From a virus: a stretch of 64,000 bases of DNA. Position numbers and translations under genes: made by a program. Shown one piece after another: positions 63,975-64,000 of the stretch. The notes below the pieces were generated by a model. The model worked only from the letters and a program-made list of their open reading frames with translations, had not been told where the DNA came from and made no database searches. Numbering within the stretch: position 1 is the first letter of the stretch; each line of letters begins with the position of its first letter. Location: IMG/VR virus record IMGVR_UViG_3300043411_001575, positions 105,659 through 169,658 of that record. One strand, 5' to 3'.

Positions 63975-64000
63975 ACCAACAACATTGTTAGATAGTATAG

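Noticed and set aside
1-64000. Stop-codon reassignment, tRNA or rRNA genes
   Set aside because: The standard code gives dense, long ORFs on one strand per block; no cloverleaf or rRNA-like segment was recognised by eye.

Overview
AT-rich, gene-dense fragment of a large virus or prophage of a Bacteroidota host (TAnnTTTG promoters, A-rich translation starts without Shine-Dalgarno). It has four blocks. (1) 1-11.7 kb: an integron-like array of at least 13 gene cassettes, 8 of them encoding orphan DNA methyltransferases. The cassettes are separated by 12 complete attC-like hairpins (TAACG...TGTTA), and each cassette is bracketed by its own inverted repeat. The array ends at a hairpin-less half-site just before a tyrosine recombinase that lacks the IntI-specific insertion, followed by a small family-B-polymerase-like gene. 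The geometry fits an integron in which every gene is inverted relative to its att site, so the sense strand folds and several genes start inside the hairpin loop. This is the best candidate for an undescribed system. (2) 12-23 kb: small early-type hypothetical genes and an intact stand-alone TnpB. (3) 23-29.6 kb: recombination/replication module (Cas4-like nuclease, RecT-like annealase, RusA, initiator). (4) 29.6-64 kb, minus strand: lysis and virion genes, about 20 small membrane-anchored proteins, an annexin-like protein, and two giant proteins built of modules joined by [FYML]xxGG linkers (probable polyproteins). No terminase, portal or HK97 capsid gene was recognised in the window. All calls are from motif reading by eye; no database searches were run.
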